Virus record (IMG/VR): IMGVR_UViG_3300042545_001134
Span: 62,001 to 126,000 of that record
DNA: 64,000 nucleotides
Reading direction: 5' to 3' (one strand)
In this document: positions 54,544-64,000 of the stretch, one piece after another
How the letters are laid out: every line of letters begins with the position of its first letter
Numbering within the stretch: position 1 is the stretch's first letter
Notes under the pieces: model-generated
What the model saw: only the letters and a program-made list of their open reading frames with translations
Databases searched by the model: none
What the model was told of the DNA's origin: nothing
Made by a program: the position numbers and the translations under genes

Positions 54544-56211
54544 TTATTTGTATTTATATCTAATTATTACGATACCACTTCCACCATTTCCTCCTTGGTT
54601 ATTTCCATTGTAATGAGAACCCCCGCCACCGCCACCACCGGTGTTGGTACCTCCATTTCCTCCCGGAACGTTTGCCCATGAACAACACGCACCGTATGCT
54701 CCGGGTACTCCCCACATGATTGAATCTTTTCCCCCTTCACCTTGTCCAAGAGCACCTCCACCCCCGCCACCACGACCTCCATATCCACCCGCATCATTTG
54801 AGTAAGCGGAACCTCCTCCGCCACCGCCCCAATAATATGGTCGGCCTAATATACCTGAAAATTTACCTGAACCACCGTTTGGTCTTGAAGGTGAGTTGGT
54901 ACCAACTGCACCAGCACCTCCACCTCCACCTGAATAGTATTGTCCACCACCTTGACCACCATTAAATCCTTGACCCGATATTCCTGTACCTCCACTTCTT
55001 ATATTTCCATCACTATATCCACTTGGTGCCCCTCCCGAACCACCATTACCTGGTGTACCGTAGTTAGGGGTATAACCATAATATGAACTTGCTCCAAATC
55101 CACCACCTGTGGATGTTAACCCTAATGCAGATGAACTATCACCTTGGGATGCACCTATTTGAAATTGATGAAATTGTGGTTGTCCCGGTGTATTTGCTGC
55201 AGGTGCTCCCGCACCACCAGCCCCAACTGTTATGGTATAAGTGGTTTGATTTAAAACGGTTCGTCCCGATAAGACACCTCCGCCACCTCCTCCGCCGCCC
55301 ATGTCCATACCTCCACCGCCACCACCGGCAACGATAAGATATTCCACTTCCAATAATGAAGCGTCGGCAGTTGATGTGATTGCGAATGTACCACTACTAT
55401 TAAATCTGTGAACTCTCCATTCACCCACTTCGGTGATAACACCACCAGTGGCAATTACTCTATGATGTTTAAATGAAGAACCTGAAGTGTTTATTGTTAA
55501 GGATTCTAATTTGTTTTGTCTGTTATTATCTAATAAGTTTTGTATTGTTGGTTCTGAACCATCACATAAATCAACTCGTGGGTCAAAAAATTGTAATCGT
55601 GTTGTATTGTCACCGCAATAGTAAAGATAAGTTCTATGATTTAATCCATATGTACTTGGTCCTGATTTACAATCACTACCAATATTACAACCATTAATAC
55701 TTCCAACTTTTCCTCCTGTTGTTGTCCAAAATCCAGTATCGGGGTGTCCACCCAATCCTTGTGGATAGTCAAATGGAAAACAATGACCAACAACTAAGTA
55801 CCATTGGTCTTGTGTTAAACCTCCCGAACCACCACAATGCCAATATGGGTTACACTCCTCGTTTCCGTCGGATAGTCTTATAACACATTGACCAATACCA
55901 TTTGTACCTAAATAAAATGTTCCACCAGCACTAACGGATGTTCTTTTAACCCAAACAGAATGTCTATATAATTTTGTGTTGTCGATATAAAACCAATCGG
56001 TGTTCCATCCACCGTCGGGGTTTCCATTACCTGATGGTCTTGTTTCCCAAACAACGGCGGAATTACCCCACGGGTCGGTACCAACTACTCTTGCATTCTC
56101 ATCGCCATTTTCATTGGCAGAAAAATTACCAAGGGGTGTGGCAAAACTACTTGAACCCGTTGTCCAATCGTTTCCCGTTATTTTACTCGATGTTTTATAA
56201 TATACTGGCAT
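54544..56211 (-). CDS. Tail/receptor-binding protein with lectin-like N-domain and glycine-rich C-domain
   Basis: EYLIVAGGGGGG...GGSGIVIIRY glycine-rich domain. Confidence 0.75.
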   Translation of the reverse strand: MPVYYKTSSKITGNDWTTGSSSFATPLGNFSANENGDENARVVGTDPWGNSAVVWETRPSGNGNPDGGWNTDWFYIDNTKLYRHSVWVKRTSVSAGGTFYLGTNGIGQCVIRLSDGNEECNPYWHCGGSGGLTQDQWYLVVGHCFPFDYPQGLGGHPDTGFWTTTGGKVGSINGCNIGSDCKSGPSTYGLNHRTYLYYCGDNTTRLQFFDPRVDLCDGSEPTIQNLLDNNRQNKLESLTINTSGSSFKHHRVIATGGVITEVGEWRVHRFNSSGTFAITSTADASLLEVEYLIVAGGGGGGMDMGGGGGGGGVLSGRTVLNQTTYTITVGAGGAGAPAANTPGQPQFHQFQIGASQGDSSSALGLTSTGGGFGASSYYGYTPNYGTPGNGGSGGAPSGYSDGNIRSGGTGISGQGFNGGQGGGQYYSGGGGGAGAVGTNSPSRPNGGSGKFSGILGRPYYWGGGGGGSAYSNDAGGYGGRGGGGGGALGQGEGGKDSIMWGVPGAYGACCSWANVPGGNGGTNTGGGGGGGSHYNGNNQGGNGGSGIVIIRYKYK

Positions 56212-56218
56212 GTCTTAT

Positions 56219-57007
56219 TTATATTTTAAAACGAACTCTTCCGTTATTAAAGTTTTGTGTTATTTCAGATTCTGTTAGTGCTCGATTATATATATGAACC
56301 ATTGGAATATATGCATCCATAAAGTGATTACTATTTACACAACCAACAAAAAATTCATTGGTTGGGGTTCCCCCAACTCCAACTGCAGCTTTAGAGTCAA
56401 CTAAAACACCATTTACATATAATCTAACATCACCACCTGAGTCAAGTACAAATCCGTTATAATACCAAATTCCAGTTTCAAAAGTATAATTATATAAACC
56501 ACTGTTATTACCCGCACCAGCATAAAAATATCCCTGACCTCCATTTTGAATACCAAGATACGTGTAACCTGCAGCGTCTTGTGTTCCGGTAAGTGAATAA
56601 CCACCCGTACCGTCTAAATTTTTATATTTAATCCAAATAAAATAACTTCGAGCACCAGATGGTCTAATTTGACTTCGACATTTAGAACTCAATGCCGATT
56701 GAAAGTTAGCACTACCATTACCTTGGTCATATATGATTTGTGCTCCCGATTCAATAGTTGCATCGTAACCGTAACCACTCATATCTCTCCATATTGTGTT
56801 ACAATTGACACATCCGGGATTTGATGAATAATATTGACACCCATAACCACAATCATAATAATTGGACGTATTTTTAAAAGAATAATCATTGGCCGCGTCT
56901 AACCATAAGGTAATTCCTCTAGTTACTAATTCGGGTGGATGTATCGTTGTACCCGTTGGGCTAAAATCATCCGCACCTAATACGTTACCTCCAATTGCTA
57001 TTGACAT
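56219..57007 (-). CDS. Concanavalin A/LamG-like lectin tail protein
   Basis: LWLDAAN, LYVNGV, IYNRALTESEITQNFN. Confidence 0.8.
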   Translation of the reverse strand: MSIAIGGNVLGADDFSPTGTTIHPPELVTRGITLWLDAANDYSFKNTSNYYDCGYGCQYYSSNPGCVNCNTIWRDMSGYGYDATIESGAQIIYDQGNGSANFQSALSSKCRSQIRPSGARSYFIWIKYKNLDGTGGYSLTGTQDAAGYTYLGIQNGGQGYFYAGAGNNSGLYNYTFETGIWYYNGFVLDSGGDVRLYVNGVLVDSKAAVGVGGTPTNEFFVGCVNSNHFMDAYIPMVHIYNRALTESEITQNFNNGRVRFKI

Positions 57008-57023
57008 ATTATATTAATTATAG

Positions 57024-57794
57024 TTAAAAATAGTTATTAACTGTAGCGTTATAGTTCTCTAAAATTTCATATGGATTTAAAATTCTATTGTAGAGACTAA
57101 TCATTGAAATGTCGCCCCAATATTGACTTGCATTGTTAACATCATTTTGTGAACCATTGTTGTATGCACCTATGGAACAAAATCCGTGTTTAAATCTTGA
57201 ATTTATACTACTAATACTACCACGTTTAAAACTCGCACTATCGTTATATCCAAATTCATAATAAGGTGCCTCCGTATCAAAAAATCTCCAAACCATGAAA
57301 ACCCACGATGATGGGTAACCCGGTAAACTCTGTTGACTAAATCCTGAATTGTTAAAACCTGTTCCATTTGTGTTATCGTACATTCCAATGTCCCATGCAC
57401 CCGATTGTATAATGACATGGTGGTCTTGTCCTGAACTTAAACCCCTAAGTAATGTTCTCCATTCCGCAGTACTGTTTTTAACTCTAGTCCAAAGACAGAT
57501 TGTCACATTACCTGACACAATTAAATCCGAACTCTGTTTTTTTGCACAACCATATGAACCATTAAAGTCCATATATTTAATTGCGGTTGCTGAATTAAAC
57601 GCCGATGCATTTATTTCAAAATTATTTCCGAGAGGACTTAAATCAAACCACGTTGTTCCACTACCAGGATATGAATCTTTATCGGTTGCATCCAAATGTA
57701 GTATCAATCCATCTCTATTATATTTTTGTTTAAAAACTCCTGTTGATGTAATATCGGTACTAGTGATTTCATTATTTTTTAGATATAACGCCAT
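57024..57794 (-). CDS. Concanavalin A/LamG-like lectin tail protein
   Basis: GLILHLDA...SYPGSGTTWFDLS, LYNRIL..EILENYNA. Confidence 0.8.
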   Translation of the reverse strand: MALYLKNNEITSTDITSTGVFKQKYNRDGLILHLDATDKDSYPGSGTTWFDLSPLGNNFEINASAFNSATAIKYMDFNGSYGCAKKQSSDLIVSGNVTICLWTRVKNSTAEWRTLLRGLSSGQDHHVIIQSGAWDIGMYDNTNGTGFNNSGFSQQSLPGYPSSWVFMVWRFFDTEAPYYEFGYNDSASFKRGSISSINSRFKHGFCSIGAYNNGSQNDVNNASQYWGDISMISLYNRILNPYEILENYNATVNNYF

Positions 57795-57795
57795 A

Positions 57796-60700
57796 TTAAA
57801 TTTCTTCCAAAGTTATGCGGTATTTCTTACCATTTAAGTTATTGATTATGTATAGGTTTTCATCACCCTCTTGGATTGTCCACGTACCACTTGTTCCGTC
57901 AATATCGTTACCTTCGGGTTTATTCATGTTACTTAGGTGTAAGTCATTCGTGTAAATGTTTCTCCAACCTAATGATGCTGAACCCAAATCGTATGCGTTA
58001 TTTGTGGTTGGTAAGAAGTGTCCTGTTGTATTCCAAGAACCATATATTGTACCACCATATGAACCACCATAGTTCACTCTAACACCCCATCCACCGATTT
58101 CATTTAATATTCCAATACCCGCAGCGTCCCAATAGAAACTACCTTTGTAGGTTCCTTGGTGACCCAATCTCATTCTTATTTCACCGTAAGATGCGTTTGT
58201 AGAACCAACTGTCCAACTTGCGTTGTTTTCTGAATACCAATGGTTATTCGTAGCCTCATTATAAAGACCTTCATTTACCTGATTATTTCTAAACCAATTG
58301 TTGGCATAAATGTCAACAAATGTTGGTGAGTTACTAGTTGATACTCTTTGATTCTCTAATGGTTGGAAACGAGCATCTGACTCTGTTTCTGTAAAGTATC
58401 TGTCGTCATGAGTGTGTGATGACTCAGCGTATTTTCCATCGATATCAACTGTTACAGTTCCACCGTCATTTCTTGTCATGGTGATAACACCGGTTGACGT
58501 ATTGAATGTTGCTCCGGTCACATAATAGTTTGTATCGACATATGATGTGATGTATCCACTGTTGTTTGTGAACTGAGAAATGTTCATTGAGGTTAGTGCA
58601 CCTGCGGTGGTTGCATATGTTGCGGTTGCCGCATTTCCTGATGTGTTTTGGTTCCACGTCGGAACTGTTCCAGTTAATCCACCATAATCAACATTGGTTG
58701 CGGTGGACGCGTTACCTATAAAATTACCACTATTATCAATGTAAGATACATCGGTTCCGTTTCTTCTAAACTGAACAATTCTATCCGAAGCACTGTCAGA
58801 TACTATATACCATCTTGCTGAGTGATATTGTATTTTTCCTTGTGTACCTGGGTCACCCGTCCAGTTAGAAGTAGAATTACTTCTTATATCGGTATTTGTT
58901 ATTGTTATAGTACCGGTCATTGTACCTCCACCTAAAGGTAGATAAGAACTTAACGAAGATGCCGCCGCGTAGTATGAACCATGTTGACCATCTAATAAGT
59001 CGGCATCAAGTCCCGAACTCGCTCCGTCATTTCCTGCGTGCCATACTGTGTTACCTCTAATAGTTACGGCACCTGCATTATCTATCTTGAAATCATTTAG
59101 ACCATATCTACCCATTACAACTGTGTAATCGGCAAATGCCTCAATCACAGGTAAACCTGAAATTGTGTTAACCGAGAAGATTGAATCGGTCATGTCATCG
59201 GTGATTGTAAACAATCTACCATTAACACCATCAACGGTCAATGCCTCAGTTCCGGCAACCGTACTATTAACCTTAACAGTTTTTAAGTTTGAGGTACTTG
59301 CTGGATTTAAGTAATAATTTGTGTCGTTACTATCGTAGTAAATTGGTGCATATACTGCAGTTGTAACGTGAACGTTTTGTGAGTTATCACAACGTAACGA
59401 CCAGTTTCCACCTGTGTTTAAGAAACCAATTTCATTTGAGGTGTTTGCGTATATATAACCTCTTAATGCACTTACGTGACCACCCGTGTAGAACCTAATA
59501 CCAGAATAAGTTGTGGTACTTGACATATCCCAATATCCATTTGAATTTGAGGACAAGTGCTGTGTTGTTACCTCATTATAAAAACCGTCGTTTGATTGGG
59601 TATTTCTAAACCAATTACTCGCATAAATATCGGTACCGGTTATTGTTCCAGTCACACCTAAATTACCTGATGCATCTAAAGTTGTTCTAACATTACCATT
59701 TACAATTAAGTTTAATGGATGGTTTGACATTGTACCCATTTTACCCGCTCCGTTTCCGGTGTGGGAATACATGGATGTTATGATTCCGTCACTTACTGAA
59801 ACAACATCAAGTCTTGCATGTGCCGTACCTGCAATGTTTACTCTTGCATTCCAACCACCATCATTTGAGACGCTACCATGTCCATCACCAAATTCATTAT
59901 ATGAGTTTGAGAATGTGTTTATTCCCGAGAAACCATTATCTCCCGAAAATGTGAGGTTGGTTGAAGTACTTGCACCTCTTGCAGTTACAGACGCTAACGT
60001 ATCTGTTTCAGAATACGATTCCAAATATCTACCATCAATATCAACAGTTACAGTACCACCGTCATTTCTTGTCATGGTGATAACACCAGTTGATGTATTG
60101 AATGTGGCTCCCGTTATATAATTGTCAGTTACTGTTTCAGTTGCTGTCGATAAACCTATAACGTGTCCAAAACTATCTAATAATATATCTTGAATGTAAG
60201 TTCTTCCTGAGTTGTCGGATGAAGATGCCGCAGCCACCGATGGGTGAGCAGTTAAATAAGTACCAAGTAGTTGGTATCTTCCATCCAAATTAGGAACAGT
60301 CACCGTACCACCGTCATTTCTTGTTAATGTGATAACACCAGTTGATGTATTGAAGGTTGCACCTGTTACATAATAGTTTGTATCGACATATGATGTAATA
60401 TAACCACTGTTGTTTGTGAACTGAGAAATGTTCATTGAGGTTAGTGCACCTGCGGTGGTTGCATATGTTGCAGTTGCCGCATTTCCACTAATATTAGTTT
60501 GGTCTCCAGTGTTTGTTCCTGAAGAAGAACCACTAAAGTTTGACGCTGTAAATGTTCCGGCAATTTGCATATTACCATTACCCACATTTAATGCAGCAAT
60601 TGGTGTACCACCATCAGTTCCCCAAGTAAATCCTCTAGTTGCCCCATTACTATCAATGTTGGTCTTTATAGAATAATCGGTAACCGGACCATAATGATAT

Positions 60701-63700
60701 TCGGCACTGTTACCCATGTGGATTTTATATAAATCAGAACCTCCCCAGAATTTTAATCCATTACCAGCACCCGCTGTTACACCATAAGATGCGTTTAGAT
60801 TACTCGCGTTTGGTGCGGAACCTGCTGTGGTTGCATATGTTGCGGTTGCCGCATTTCCTGATGTGTTTTGGTTCCACGTTGGGATGTTTCCTGAGTGATA
60901 TACTGTGTACTCTGTCAGACCTGCACCAATCCTAACAACCAATCCGTTTGTGTTAACAGGATTCAATACGATTATATCATCCGCATCATTTGATACACCG
61001 ATAACCAATCTATTCGATTCACCTGACGAACCTCCAATACCAAATGCATGATATTGAATGAAACCAAAATCAGATGGGTGATTAATATTTGAGCCATCTC
61101 TTTCAGATTCGAAGAAGATACCACTAACACCAGTACTGTTACCTTTTAATACGATGTTATCCGCACCCGTTACATAATTTGATTCCGTTGTATATGTACC
61201 TCTTGATAATGAACCACCAACGGTTAAACCACCAATGGTTATGTCATTTGTTGTTGATGCTCCTCTTGTTGTTACAGACGCTAATGTATCGGTTTCAGAA
61301 TATGATTCCAAATATCTACCATCGATATCAACTGTCACAGTTCCACCGTCGGTTCTTGTCATGGTGATAACACCATTACCAGTGTTGAATGTTGCACCTG
61401 TTACATAGGTGTTGGTGTCAGTAACAACCGAGAAACCAGTAACTGTTACAGTTCCTCCGTTTGATTTGGTAAGTGTTAATGTACCTGCACTGTACGTACC
61501 ACCCGTAACTGTAACGTCCGAAATGGACTCCAACATGGTGACGTTATATGTGTCACCATTATTTCTGGTGAATGTTAGAACCGCAGTTGACCCATTCCAC
61601 GTTACTCCCGTGGTGTAGTTATTGGTATCAACATACGATGTAATCCATCCAGGATTTGTGGATACACTACCGTCGGCCATTAAGAACTGAGAAGAACTTC
61701 CTCCACTCTTAACAAGTGAAGTTGCCGTTAATGCCCCCGCATTGGTTATTGTTACTATATTGGTCGCACCACCGTTTCTAAATACAAAATCACCTCCACC
61801 TGTGTTTTGGAAATATAAATTGTTTGAGTGCCATTGAATTTTGTTTTCTTCTCCTGTCCAACTACCGTAGTTACCTTTTAATGCATAACCACCGGCAATT
61901 GTTAAGTTGTCATCAACATAAACAGAACCATTGAAGTATGATGTTCCGTTGTTATAAAAAGTATATCCGGAGTTGGCTCCACCTATTGAGACATTTCCGT
62001 TAACAAAGAGTTTAACTCCTGAAACGGGTGATGCACCCATCGCAATGTTTCCACTAGTATTAAGATGGAAATCGTTTTGATTATAACGACCCATTATAAC
62101 TTTATTATCAGCGAACGCCTCAATTACGGGAACACCCGCAATTGTATTAACTGAGAATAATGAGTTACTTAAATCATCTGTGATTGTAAACAATCTACCA
62201 TTAACACCATCAACCGTGAATACTTCTGTTCCACTTGCTGTACTGTTTAATTTAACAGTTGATAAGTTTGAAGTACTTGCCGGATTTAAATAATATGCGG
62301 TGTCATTAATATCGTAGTAAATTGGTGCGTAAACTCTACCTGAACCATCTACTCTATATGTGAATGATGAACTGTCCGTTCTTAATGCGTAACCATAAGT
62401 GGCCCCTGCGGCAATGTTTACATAAATACCATATTCTGATTTAGAACTGTTATATGCGTTGAACTGTGCCAACCAGTCATTGTTGTTTGTTGCGGTTACA
62501 TATAAAGTGGCATCTTGAACTGTGTTACTATTTCCACCATCAATCCAAAGACCTCTATTATCATAAGTTCGAACCATTGTTGATTCGGTTTGGTAGATAC
62601 CACCACCATGTGTTGAGTTGTACCAACCAGTATTTCCACTACTTCTAAACCAATCACTTGCGTTAAATGAAGCGGCATAAACGTAATCAGTTGATGGATT
62701 TACATAAACTTCAGCGGTTCCATAAACCGCATTTCCTGAACCCCATAATAATTGATAGTTACTGTTACTATTATTGTTGTAACTAATTGCCCCAAGATAC
62801 GTTCCCGCCTCTTGGTACTTACCATCGATATCAACTGTTACAGTACCGCCATCATTTCTTGTCATGGTGATAACACCAGTTGATGTATTAAATGTTGCTC
62901 CGGTTACATAATAATTTGTGTCGGTATCAACAACTGTTTCACTTGCGGTGGTGATTCCGGTGATGTGACCAAAACTATCTAATAAAATGTCTTGTATGTA
63001 AGTTCTACCTGAGTTGTCTGAAGAACCAGCAGCACTTACTGAAGGGTGACCTGTTAAGAACGCAGATGCGTGTTGACCATCAAGAGTATCCGCATCCAAC
63101 CCACTTCCACTTCCATCATTACCAGAATGCCAAATTCTATATCTAACGTTACCTACTGACCATCCACCCCATACTAAGTCATTTTCTGCACCACCTAATC
63201 CGAAGTAACCCGCATAATCTCCACCAATGTGGAATGTCATATATGCATCAGCACCTGCGGTATCTTGGTAGACAGTTAATCCCCTATTAGCGGCGGCAAC
63301 TGTATTAATAAATGTATTTGATGTTTGATAAAACTCGGCAGTTCTTGTTGTTGATGCCCCACGAGAAAGTACACTATCTAATGTATCGGTTTCAGAATAA
63401 CCAGTTATGTATCCACTATTATTTGTAAACTGAGAAATATTCATACTACTCAACGCACCAGCAGTATCGGCATAACCCGCATAAATCTTATACCAAGAAC
63501 CCCACGTAGTTGCTTCTCTTGTTCTAAATGTTACATACCTATCAGAAGTATTATATCTTGGGATTGCCAACTGCATTGCGTAGTTAGCAAATGAATAATC
63601 ATTACCAAGTCCCAAAGTAAATCCGTAGAATTGTGATGAACCCGTACCCGGACCGTTTGTTGACCCATTCACATATCTCGCTCCAAAGTCTCCAACACTA

Positions 63701-64000
63701 TTAAAATCGGTGTAGGTACTATGATTCTGACCCATGTTATTGAACAAACGATGTTCGTCTGTCATATCATCTATTACCGAATGGGTGTGTGATGATTCCG
63801 CATATTTTCCATCAATATCAACCGTGACTGTACCACCATCATTTCTTGTCATGGTGATAACACCAGTTGAAGTATTAAATGTTGCTCCCGTTACGTAATA
63901 GTTCGTATCGGTGTTAACTGATGATATATCAACCGGACTACTAAACGCCCCTCCTGAACCGGTAAATGTTAAATTAGTGCCGTCAAAAGTAACATCACTA
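57796..64000 (-). CDS. Very long modular tail fibre (>2060 aa; start outside the window)
   Basis: Frame stays open from 63852 to the window edge (SDVTFDGTNLTF...). Multiple internal repeats; C terminus AYDLGSASLGWRNIYTNDLHLSN...WTIQEG. Confidence 0.88.
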   Translation of the reverse strand, partial: SDVTFDGTNLTFTGSGGAFSSPVDISSVNTDTNYYVTGATFNTSTGVITMTRNDGGTVTVDIDGKYAESSHTHSVIDDMTDEHRLFNNMGQNHSTYTDFNSVGDFGARYVNGSTNGPGTGSSQFYGFTLGLGNDYSFANYAMQLAIPRYNTSDRYVTFRTREATTWGSWYKIYAGYADTAGALSSMNISQFTNNSGYITGYSETDTLDSVLSRGASTTRTAEFYQTSNTFINTVAAANRGLTVYQDTAGADAYMTFHIGGDYAGYFGLGGAENDLVWGGWSVGNVRYRIWHSGNDGSGSGLDADTLDGQHASAFLTGHPSVSAAGSSDNSGRTYIQDILLDSFGHITGITTASETVVDTDTNYYVTGATFNTSTGVITMTRNDGGTVTVDIDGKYQEAGTYLGAISYNNNSNSNYQLLWGSGNAVYGTAEVYVNPSTDYVYAASFNASDWFRSSGNTGWYNSTHGGGIYQTESTMVRTYDNRGLWIDGGNSNTVQDATLYVTATNNNDWLAQFNAYNSSKSEYGIYVNIAAGATYGYALRTDSSSFTYRVDGSGRVYAPIYYDINDTAYYLNPASTSNLSTVKLNSTASGTEVFTVDGVNGRLFTITDDLSNSLFSVNTIAGVPVIEAFADNKVIMGRYNQNDFHLNTSGNIAMGASPVSGVKLFVNGNVSIGGANSGYTFYNNGTSYFNGSVYVDDNLTIAGGYALKGNYGSWTGEENKIQWHSNNLYFQNTGGGDFVFRNGGATNIVTITNAGALTATSLVKSGGSSSQFLMADGSVSTNPGWITSYVDTNNYTTGVTWNGSTAVLTFTRNNGDTYNVTMLESISDVTVTGGTYSAGTLTLTKSNGGTVTVTGFSVVTDTNTYVTGATFNTGNGVITMTRTDGGTVTVDIDGRYLESYSETDTLASVTTRGASTTNDITIGGLTVGGSLSRGTYTTESNYVTGADNIVLKGNSTGVSGIFFESERDGSNINHPSDFGFIQYHAFGIGGSSGESNRLVIGVSNDADDIIVLNPVNTNGLVVRIGAGLTEYTVYHSGNIPTWNQNTSGNAATATYATTAGSAPNASNLNASYGVTAGAGNGLKFWGGSDLYKIHMGNSAEYHYGPVTDYSIKTNIDSNGATRGFTWGTDGGTPIAALNVGNGNMQIAGTFTASNFSGSSSGTNTGDQTNISGNAATATYATTAGALTSMNISQFTNNSGYITSYVDTNYYVTGATFNTSTGVITLTRNDGGTVTVPNLDGRYQLLGTYLTAHPSVAAASSSDNSGRTYIQDILLDSFGHVIGLSTATETVTDNYITGATFNTSTGVITMTRNDGGTVTVDIDGRYLESYSETDTLASVTARGASTSTNLTFSGDNGFSGINTFSNSYNEFGDGHGSVSNDGGWNARVNIAGTAHARLDVVSVSDGIITSMYSHTGNGAGKMGTMSNHPLNLIVNGNVRTTLDASGNLGVTGTITGTDIYASNWFRNTQSNDGFYNEVTTQHLSSNSNGYWDMSSTTTYSGIRFYTGGHVSALRGYIYANTSNEIGFLNTGGNWSLRCDNSQNVHVTTAVYAPIYYDSNDTNYYLNPASTSNLKTVKVNSTVAGTEALTVDGVNGRLFTITDDMTDSIFSVNTISGLPVIEAFADYTVVMGRYGLNDFKIDNAGAVTIRGNTVWHAGNDGASSGLDADLLDGQHGSYYAAASSLSSYLPLGGGTMTGTITITNTDIRSNSTSNWTGDPGTQGKIQYHSARWYIVSDSASDRIVQFRRNGTDVSYIDNSGNFIGNASTATNVDYGGLTGTVPTWNQNTSGNAATATYATTAGALTSMNISQFTNNSGYITSYVDTNYYVTGATFNTSTGVITMTRNDGGTVTVDIDGKYAESSHTHDDRYFTETESDARFQPLENQRVSTSNSPTFVDIYANNWFRNNQVNEGLYNEATNNHWYSENNASWTVGSTNASYGEIRMRLGHQGTYKGSFYWDAAGIGILNEIGGWGVRVNYGGSYGGTIYGSWNTTGHFLPTTNNAYDLGSASLGWRNIYTNDLHLSNMNKPEGNDIDGTSGTWTIQEGDENLYIINNLNGKKYRITLEEI

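Noticed and set aside
57796-64000. Diversity-generating retroelement acting on the tail fibre
   Set aside because: No reverse transcriptase or non-coding template repeat in the window; the repeat differences I inspected are mostly synonymous, not adenine-specific.
1-64000. Stop-codon reassignment
   Set aside because: Conserved enzymes translate full length in code 11, coding density is high, and no suppressor tRNA is present.

Overview
AT-rich, gene-dense segment, mostly on the - strand, of a large (jumbo-type, probably T4-like) phage. Repeated TTTG-N18-20-TAnnTTTG promoters point to a Bacteroidota host. The left end carries a compact CRISPR locus with no cas1/cas2 in view: a Cas12f/TnpB-derived type V effector with intact RuvC D/E/D residues (3' end runs off the window and is missed by the ORF track), a 6-repeat array with 36-nt GTTG...CAAC hairpin repeats and ~30-nt spacers, and a structured ~200-nt leader under its own promoter. 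Next to it is a cluster of non-canonical RNAs: three tRNA-like elements with the same acceptor stem but no normal anticodon arm, two of them followed by a ~180-nt RNA whose two copies show compensatory base changes. The rest is accessory and metabolic genes (speD, mgsA, glnII, thyA, aminotransferase, CCA-adding enzyme, phosphoesterases, Acb1-like 2H protein, SET domain, PcfJ-like paralogues), a glycosylation cluster with glf, and a tail-fibre region ending in a >2000-aa repeat-built fibre that starts beyond the window. All protein calls are motif recognition by eye; no searches were run.
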